This document shows positions 1 through 9,012 of a stretch of DNA of 64,000 nt, piece by piece. Under the pieces are notes generated by a model. It had not been told where the DNA came from. It saw nothing but the letters and a program-made list of their open reading frames with translations, and searched no databases. This stretch comes from the human T2T-CHM13v2.0 reference genome, Homo sapiens: assembly GCF_009914755.1 (NCBI RefSeq), contig NC_060925.1; one strand, 5' to 3'. Each line of letters begins with the position of its first letter. Positions within the stretch are counted from its first letter, which is position 1. The position numbers and the translations under genes are program-made.

Positions 1-158
1 TATATGCAAATCGAATGCTTTCATGCATTAAAGCATTCCAAAGCACCCAGGACCAAGGGAGCAGCAGGTTCTTTCAGATCCTTCCCCTGTTACTCTTCTT
101 CTTTCCTTCTATTTATTTATACTAGCTACCTAAATAATTCACACTGCCTGCTTTTCAG

Positions 159-296
159 CCCGAATGTTCCTCAGAAGAGGCCTACAATGAGCTATTGCAG
201 TCACCAGATGGACTCATGAATGCAGCAGGTGGGGCAGATGGCAAGGCGCCCTGTCTGATGCTGCCTGCCTGGGCATGGACTGCCTTTTCCTTCCAG
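159..296 (+). ncRNA. Candidate internal exon of a transcript antisense to ESRRG
   Basis: Acceptor ctgcctgcttttcag| (AG at 157-158) and donor CAG|GTACAT. The 138-nt block is GC-richer than its flanks. Confidence 0.4.
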
Positions 297-1728
297 GTAC
301 ATTATCATCATCCTAACACTGAGCGGTGTGTAGTTTGGGGGTGGGGTGGAAGTGGGGCATTGGCAAATCCTTTACATGCAATACTAAAGAAATCATAAAT
401 TACCAGCTGCCCTCTTCCTCCTCGTCCCCCACCCCCAGCAACCCCTGATGTTTCATGTTGTTGCTTTGTTAGTGAGTTTGTCTTTTTTAAGACTACGGTG
501 AAGGTTTCCGAAGCATTCTGGCACTATACATGACGAAGAATGCATCCATTTTAAACAGTCCACCTCAGCTTTAAAAAGTGAAGAGAATTCAAAGGGAGTG
601 ATATGGGAAAACTCAGAAAGACTATGGCGGGGGTGGGGGGCTGGATAAAGCATGTTCACAAATATTTTGCAAAAAAACCCACAAACGAAGCAAAAACATA
701 GGTGAGATGACTCAGCTCATGTCTGCAGTGCTTACATAAAGGTCCTTTGCATATATGGAGTGGAAAAGATAAAAACCATATGTTTACAGCCTTTTGATGT
801 TGCAGAAAATGCTGGCTGTGCCCACGTTGCAATAGTTCTTTGTCTGATATTTCTGGTGTCATTTCTAAAAGTGTGGCATTTCCCTTCCAAAGTTTGCAAT
901 CCTGTAATACTATAACACACAAAAAAACTGCATTGCATGTCACTTGCAATTGGAAACTTACAACATCATGATGCCAAGCTATCCTGAGACAAGCGCTCAG
1001 TAACATGTAGTATAAATTTTAATTGAGCATAAACACTTGACAAAAACTCTCTCGAGATATTTCTGGCATATTCCGATTGGCAATGGTGCCCTGATACCAT
1101 GATTTTAATCCTTCTATAAACTTAACTGATGACAATATAAATCTTATTACCTAACTTCACTAATCATCTAATTAAAAACATCTAAAAATGTGAAACACAA
1201 TAATTTTAATGACCTGGAGCAAACCAATCTGTATCTTCAAAAATAAATAAATAAAACTCCTAAATAAAATGCATCCACTGAAGAGATGCTGCAAACAGAG
1301 AACTGCTTTGAATTCAATCTTTGAGTCCTCAGGCAAATTGAAATCCCAGGCTTTTGGGAACTACCAGGCAGTGTTGCAGGAATGCTGGACAAAGACAATA
1401 GCTGTGAGATTATCTCAAGATTAAGGGCAAGGTTTTCTTATAAAAACTACTTTTCAATAGTCATTTACTTTGATTGGAATGAGTTTACTAATTCAAACCT
1501 TTCCCTCAAAGTCAAACAACATAAACCTTCTAGAGTTCAAACAAATCCTTCTTACCTTCTCTGCTACCTGGGAAATATACTGTCTTACATGATCTTTAAA
1601 AGCATTTTTTTTTCTTTTCATTAATCAGTCTAAAAAAATCAAACCATATACAAGTAACGTTGAGCATTTTAAGATTTAATGGCAACTTTAGTGATCAAGT
1701 CTTCACAAAGAAAAATAATCGGGCCCAC

Positions 1729-1799
1729 CTTTTAGCTGAAGGAACACAGGCCAGATCAGACTTGACTGCTCCAAGACCCCAATCACATTCTCGCCACAT
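1729..1799 (-). CDS. ESRRG: ESRRG alternative N-terminal coding exon (MWRECDWGLGAVKSDLACVPSAK + AG, phase 2)
   Basis: ATG TGG CGA GAA TGT GAT TGG GGT CTT GGA GCA GTC AAG TCT GAT CTG GCC TGT GTT CCT TCA GCT AAA AG|gtgggc. Same phase as exon 1 and matches a recalled alternative ESRRG isoform N-terminus. The nearest acceptor (gcatttag|) would start the exon at 1806, but the acceptor is uncertain. Confidence 0.85.
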
Positions 1800-2845
1800 T
1801 CAGGATCTAAATGCACAATTCCTAATTACATTCATGATGGGAACTTTACATCAGTTCTAAAAAGCCAAAACCAGAAAGTTAGGGTGAAAGTTGCAATTTG
1901 CTGAAGTTTTATGTAAAACTACAGCTACTTAAGTCCTGAATTTATTTTATGAAGACTGACTCCTTTTTACATTGGAGACTTAGGTATGAAAAATCCCATT
2001 TTTAAATGTTTTACATGCATTCACATATTTTTATCATTCATTTCAAGATCTTAGTGCTTAAGACAGTGTCTCCACATAGCCAAATACTTTTGAATGATCA
2101 AGAAAATGCAGTTCAATGCACTAAATTGAGAGCTTTAATGATTTTAAAAACTGCAAAAGAACACATGTAATATTTTTTGATGCAATGTGAGACTATAAGC
2201 AATTAATTTGACACCAGAGAGTTGGTTATATGGAATACACTTCAAAATCAATTTTAAACTGATATTTTCTGATTTTATTAACTATCATTAAGCTATGTAC
2301 CCATAACCTAATTACTGTACATAATGGAGGATACTTAAAAATACTAAACAGAAGAGAATAAACATTTCTTAAGAAAAAATACACTGGAAGGCAAGTGGTG
2401 TTAGATTAATTTTTTAAGATAGCAACTGTGGAATGGAAACAATTTTTAGAATTTATGTAGTTCATAATGATTTGAATATTCTTGGTATATTCAACGTGTG
2501 TTAAGACAGTCGTAATTAAACTGGTAGGCAATATTACTTCTAAAATAAAATTAGTAGCAAAGTCTCAGAAAAAAAAGCCATTTAAAAAAATAAAAGAATA
2601 AGTATAAATAAAGAATGAAGAAACTAGTATGTAATTACAATTTAAGCCTGGAATATAAAAGATAATAAAAGTAATATATATTACCAAGATGCTACTGAAA
2701 GAGAATTATAAACAAAATTTTAATTTTTTACATTTCAATAGTATTCTTTTAGTTAAGTTTACATTATATTCACAAATAGATCCACCTTATATAAATGTCT
2801 ACATTTGGACACATTTTTGGAGTGTTAGAAATCAGTGTAATGACA

Positions 2846-3593
2846 GTGGTCATTGGAGAAATGCAAACCAAAACCAAAACGAGATACCATCTCACGCCAG
2901 CTACAATGGTGAGCATTAAAAAGTCAGGAAACAGCAGATGCTGGAGAGGATGTGGAGAAATAGGAACGCTTTTACACTGTTGATGAGAGTGTAAATTAGT
3001 TCAACCACTGTGGAAGACAATGTGGTGATTCCTCGAGGATGTAGAACTAGAAATACCATTTGACCCAGCAATCCCATTACTGGGTATATACTCAAAGGAT
3101 TATAAATCATTCTATTATAAAGACACATGCACACGTATGTTTATTGCAGCCCTGTTCACAATAGCAAAGACTTGGAACCAACCCAAATGCCCTTCAATGA
3201 TAGACTGGATAAAGAAAATGTGGCACATATACACCACGGAATACTGTGAAGCCATAAAAAAAGGATGAGTTCACATCCTTTGCAGGAACGTGGATGAAGC
3301 TGGAAACCATCATTCTCAGCAAACCAACACAGGAACAGAAAACCAAACACTGCATGTTCTCACTCACAAGTGGGAGTCAAACAATAAGAACACATGGACA
3401 CAGGGAGGGGAACAACACACACTGGGGCCTGCAGGAGAGTGGGGGGCTAAGGGAGGGATAGCATTAGGAGAAATGTCTAATGTAGATGACGGGTTGATAG
3501 GTGCAGCAAACCACCATGGCTCATGTATACCTATGTAACAAAACTGCAAGTTCTGCACATGTATCCCAGAACTTAAAGTATAATTTAAAAAAA
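2846..3593 (+). mobile_element. 5'-truncated L1PA (L1PA7/8-like) 3' end
   Basis: ORF2 C-terminal remnant ([14 protein letters not shown]), L1 3' UTR and A tail. A 19-bp TSD agaaatcagtgtaatgaca lies at 2827-2845 and 3594-3612, after TT. Confidence 0.95.
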
Positions 3594-3659
3594 AGAAATC
3601 AGTGTAATGACAATACATATACATGCAAAAAGCTTACATTTGCATGTGTTCAAAGAAGA

Positions 3660-3699
3660 GTTATGTGTATGTACATGTGTGTACAGATATATATGTGTA

Positions 3700-3738
<39 letters not shown>
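3660..3738. repeat. (TG)n/(TA)n compound microsatellite
   Basis: gtgtgtgtgt followed by a tatatata run. Confidence 0.9.
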
Positions 3739-3746
<8 letters not shown>

Positions 3747-3780
3747 TCTAATTAATTAAATTGTTATTTTCTTATTTCAG

Positions 3781-3862
3781 ACCTTTTCCTGGATATGGCC
3801 AAGTCTGAAGTTTCAAAATACATGTTATTCTGAACCTAATAAAGAAAACATATATCCAACCT
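3781..3862 (+). ncRNA. Candidate terminal exon of the antisense transcript
   Basis: Branch-like CTAAT at 3748-3752, acceptor ttgttattttcttatttcag| at 3780, and AATAAA at 3838-3843. Confidence 0.42.
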
Positions 3863-5409
3863 TTAATCTAATATATACTAGAATTAGTTTAATTTAAAAA
3901 GAGAAACATACTTTTAAATGCCCCCCTTCTTTTTGCCAAACAAAATATTCACAAAGTGACTCAAATGCCATGATTCAATGCAATGATCCATTTTCTGAAT
4001 TCATACAGACCCCTTTATTAACTATGATTTTTTTGCCAGCTTTTTTTTCCTATGTAGGTAGTGCTGATTTAAAAAAAAAAAATTGGAGGGAGTATGTATA
4101 CTCTCTAATGAAATTACTGATTGTACTTATTTGTGGTTTGCCGACCTTGGTGAAAATATAAATTAAGTCACATAATTAAACACACAAAAAAAATCTTAGA
4201 ATAAACGAAACAATAATTTTTTTTAGAGCTGGAAAATACAACACACCAAATTTGTAAATAAGGACAGTGTCTTTGCAATATTAACCTGTAATCCTGGTTC
4301 AGGATTTACCTAATTTTTGTTTTATTTTGCTTTTCTCTTCTGAGAGTCTTAGAAGAATTTTCTGCATGTGTTTTGAGTTTATAGTTTTAAAAAAAGAGAA
4401 AATGAGTGCATGCTCCCTCGCATGCCTTCTCTGCACCTAAACAGAGCCATTTACATAGCCCATTGAACACTGTTTAGTAAACAAGGCGGGTACAAGTCCA
4501 GAGTGGCTTCTATCTTCCAGTCCTGCCGTCTTTTTAAAAAACAAGGCAGGGGTTCTGTTTTTAGTACACACTTCGGTTCAGTGTTAATCCTGTTTTATGT
4601 TGTTCACACCTGCTGCTGACTAGCAGCCTGCTGATGGGCTGGGGCTCACGCTGCTCAGAGAAATCCCACTAAAACTAACGAAGAAGCTGGACAAAAGCTA
4701 CTGTACAGAGCTGGAAACAAAGCCTGCCCAGGGTCCAGAAGACAAGAGAAACAACCCCACAAAATCTTTCCTGTCATTTGCAGATAAGGCTCCAATGTCC
4801 CAAGTTTGCCTGCCACTAAACAAAAAAAGGCAACCAATTGCTTTTTTTGAAAAGTCTGACCACCATTGGGTTATTTACATTCCTGAGCTTTTTATGTCTT
4901 TTGGTAAAATTGATGCAAATAGTTTTTAAAAATGCTGTTGTAATCAGGTGTACATGTGAGTCACTACTTTGAGTCCTTAGCAAAAGAATCTGTACTTAAA
5001 CATAATTATTCATTTGAAATACTCCATGGCTAACCTTTCTACTCATGGAATTTTGCATCCAAAGTGAACAGAGAATAAATATATTCTGCCATTGGTGTCC
5101 ATGGTGTGGCCAGGACAGTGACTTGTGTACTAAGACTGCTCTCTTCCCACCGCCCCCACCCCGCTGCACTGCATGCGCCTAATAGCAAACATCAAAAGGA
5201 ATGATTTCTTTTTTGATCTTAGTACCAGCGATAAATCAAATTCAGTGCCACAGACAGGGGGGAAATGCACTACTAAGGGAAAACTCCAAGACTGACAGTG
5301 GGACCAGGCAGAGGCATTCGCTCAATCAAGTTTCAGTAAACGATGCCCACCCTTCTCGTTGAAACAAGATGTAAGCTGTCGTGCATTTACCCAGAATGAG
5401 AAAAACGTA

Positions 5410-5700
5410 CTGAGTCCTGACGTGACCCTAAGTTAAGAAGCACTTTGTGCTGACATTTCTAGTGGTGGCATCAGAGCCCCTCCCTCCTACCTATCGACCG
5501 AGCCAATTTCCTTCCTATCTGGGAGCCAGGTTCTGCCGCAGGTGGGCAAGGAAAGCTCCTATTGGCCACTGCAGGACAGCTCCAATAGGAGCTGCACATC
5601 TGGGGGTCAAATGGTGGCTCTGGGATCATTTTATTACAACTCCTGGGGCACCTTTCCTGACTGCAATAGCCAATAAAGCATCCTCGGCTCCACTGCCAAC
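5410..5700. promoter_or_regulatory. Intronic CCAAT-rich, GC-elevated element (candidate enhancer or alternative promoter)
   Basis: TGACGTGA at 5418-5425. CCAAT/ATTGG near 5503, 5561, 5582 and 5670. A 12-bp inverted repeat. Confidence 0.45.
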
Positions 5701-8008
5701 TCGGGGAGTTCTGCAGCTGCCCACACCACAGCGGTGCACAGATTTCATGGAGCACAGTTTTAATACTTCTCTGGGGGAAACACAAAAAGCACTAACTAGC
5801 ATATTAAGGTTCTCTTAACGAATGAATGTGAGGATGAAATATTTGAGGTGTTGGTATCTTTTCCCCAATTTGTTTTGAAACCCTTTACCCTTAGCAATGT
5901 GCTCTTCCTAGGTCACTACTGTGTTCTAATAGGAGGTTTCTCTGGCATTTGTGACATGGTCTTCCTCAGCAGATGCAAATTTTACATGGATTCTCAAAAG
6001 AAGCTAAGCAACCGCAGAAGACATATCAGATAAATGTAAACTTTTTCAGTGTGTACAATACTTTATACTTGGCAGCTCTGTAATGATGTTAGAGAAAAAA
6101 AGTTGCTAAAAATGATATTATAATATACTTGGTATAATTGTAGATAGAATTCATGTGTCTCCCATCATCTGTGACAGCCCATCAGAAAAATAATTTTAAA
6201 AAAGTTGTTGCTTTCAATTTGATTATGGAATATGAATGGTAGAGAAATAAATTCAATTATTGTGTTGAATCATATGAAATTACTGATACTTGACCATTGT
6301 TTGACCTACAAAAATGGCAACTTCACATGATTCTTTCTAATATAATTAGAATTCTATTACCTTGCTTTCATTCAAAAAAGTCTGATGTTTCATCAAGGAA
6401 TTCTATGATTTCAAATTTGACCTTCCTATTCCTTTTTCCCTCAGAAAGCCACATCAATTTTTTAATTAATATCAAAATGAGAGAACTTATCTAAGTTTAT
6501 TTTAAGACTGGAACCTATTAAAGTCTTAGGTACATAGGCCCTAGTGGTAAACATTTCATGTGAAATGAAGTTTTTTGCATGTAAGAACATTTACGTATTC
6601 AATGGAGTGTTTACTATATGGTCCCCCTTTGGTGAAGCCACTTAGCAATGCTATATAACGGAAGAGCAAATGCTTCATTCCAAGTGCCAAGACTGCACAA
6701 TAATGGAATATGATAGAAAATCTTATCCTTGAGGTCCTTGGCTAAAGGATTTGAGACATGGATAATTTTTTTTCCAGCGACTTTCTAAGTTTACTCAGGA
6801 CAAAAAGATTTCAGTGTATCAGCAGTAGTGGCGGTTTTCAGATGAAATGATATTTAGTGTTTTGCATGTAGTATTGGCGACGTGATGAATACCCTCAGAT
6901 GAGAAGGAGAAAAATATAAGCAGCTGTGCGCTTTATCAAGGTGCGCTACCTGCTGCTGCCTCCCAGCACTGCTGCTAAGCTTGCCCACTTCTGAAGAAAG
7001 TGAAGACCACCTTATTTTGATTATAGTGCTTTCCTCGGGCAGGAATTTTTATTTCCGTTGAATCTTAAACCATTACATTTCCAGTGATGCATTTTTATGT
7101 TTACAATTGACATCTTCATAAAAGAATGAAACCTTTGAGCAACAGCTTAAAAGCATGAAGGTTGCCTGCAGTAAGTACTTAAATTATTTTACACCTAAAT
7201 GGAGCCCAGTTGTTTTTAGTGAAAATTTAATAAACCTTAAACTGATGACCTTTCTTCCACAGAAAGGTCCCAAGTTGCAAAAACGAACTTTCCAATGAAA
7301 TATATTTTAAGGAACTAGTACTGAACAAAGGGCTATTTAAAGCTGAACGCTTTGTCAATTTATCAGCTTGTGAACATTCTGTTCCTGAATTCCCCACTGC
7401 TGCTGAATGTATAGAACGGTGGTGCCTTGCTTAATCGAATACTATTGATTTGAGTGTGTCACAGTGATCTCATTGAGAGTAATCAATAGTAATCCAAAAT
7501 CAATCAATTTGCTCTTGCACTATCACTTATCAAATCTGAATACGCCAAATTATTTGTAGGCGTCAAATTACAAAGAAGAGAAAATGGCAGAACTGGGAGA
7601 GTTAATGGTTTGTATTGAAGAAAAAAACCAATATCTCTTTTTTCAAAGGGAGGTGCTTTAAGATGGACTATTACTTGGACAAATACATTTATCTTCTCAT
7701 TAAAGAATCCTAACTTTATAATTAATCTCATTCCTTTCTTGAAAAAAAAAAAAAAAAGATTTCTCCTGTAGGAGTTTGCTCGTTCAGCACAACTCACAGA
7801 TGCCCTAACTTATTTAACCAGAGCACACTAGCATTTTACAAGTCTGATCAGCTAAGTTTCAAATACCTGTAACCCATCTGCTGAAAAAAGAGGGAGACTG
7901 GATTGACATAGGGCATAACTGCATCTTCTAACATCAGAAATGATGTTTAATAGAATTGGAGTGGAGAAAGGAGTACTTAATTTCTCCAGAGAATGTACAG
8001 CAGAGACG

Positions 8009-8372
8009 CACCTGCTTATCAAAGAAGCTGCTGTTGATGCTGAAGTTTCTTTTATCAACATATTCACCTGTAATTTCATCAAGGTAATAAATCCCTCTAT
8101 TCATAACAGCACACTCAAAAGCACCCCTCCTATTTAACTTGAATGAAAAAAGGCACAGAGTGTCTAAAACATTTACTTTTGCTAATGTAACAGTGTTGGC
8201 ATTTTACTTCATTCCTGATAAGCTGGTGCCAGTAGAAGTGATTATTCTTTTCTTATTCAAAGCCTATCAGCATTTCGAAAAGCTCTCTCAGTCTTATCAG
8301 GTGTATGAACAGCACAGTTAACTGAAAACAGTTTGTACTGCTCCTCTCTCTTTCTGCCAAGCTATCTGATAA
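8009..8372. promoter_or_regulatory. Homotypic GATA-site cluster (candidate enhancer)
   Basis: Seven WGATAR matches at 8016, 8052, 8216, 8264, 8294, 8362 and 8367, plus CACCTG/CAGGTG E-boxes. Confidence 0.5.
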
Positions 8373-8677
8373 ACCCCCAACTAACTAACTGTATTTACAC
8401 ACAATCAAACATAAGTTGTATCTTCTATGCACTATAGCCAGATTCCAGTTTACCATAGGTTTTTCTGCTGTGACATTAACTTAGCAAAAATGTCAGCCTC
8501 CAGTATCCCAAACTGACAACAATCAAGAAAACACTATAAAAGCACTCAACTAGAATGCACTACAAACAGAAACAAAAAGAAAAACAAATATAAAAAGTTG
8601 AAGGCAATCTCTTTGGAATTCAGAGGGAAAATCAGGTGTACTCTGTATGCAAATATGGGTGAATATCATGCACTTAC

Positions 8678-8744
8678 CTTTTACCAAAGTAAATGACCCT
8701 TTAATAAAACAGATGAATAGAAACAGAAATTGTAAAGGAAAATA
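8678..8744 (-). other. Candidate cassette exon, 67 nt
   Basis: Acceptor ccttcccttcctctatcccggcag| and donor AAG|GTAAGT on the minus strand. Supported by splice signals only. Confidence 0.3.
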
Positions 8745-8893
8745 CTGCCGGGATAGAGGAAGGGAAGGTGTTTAGGAAAGTGTTTTAGAACTTAGCAGGC
8801 ATTCCCCCCACACTTCAGGTTATCTCAATGTGGCAGCAGAGAAGTTCTATAATGTAAGCAAAGGAAGACAATAGACAATATCACCGAACTTAC

Positions 8894-9012
8894 CCCAGAA
8901 ACTGAAGACAAGATAGAAAGCAAGGCTGTCACATATGGTGACCACATTCTCAGGATAGATTTTCCAATCATTAAAACCCTCATAAATGCTCTAGACATTA
9001 AAGTTTTGTTCA
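8894..9012 (-). other. ESRRG: Candidate ESRRG alternative non-coding or poison exon, 119 nt
   Basis: Minus-strand acceptor tttttttatttctttattttcttatag| and donor GGG|GTAAGT. Confidence 0.55.

Noticed and set aside
5447-5818. 123-aa ORF with a repeated APIG motif
   Set aside because: It has a non-ATG start and no family resemblance. The repeat is a by-product of the DNA inverted repeat.
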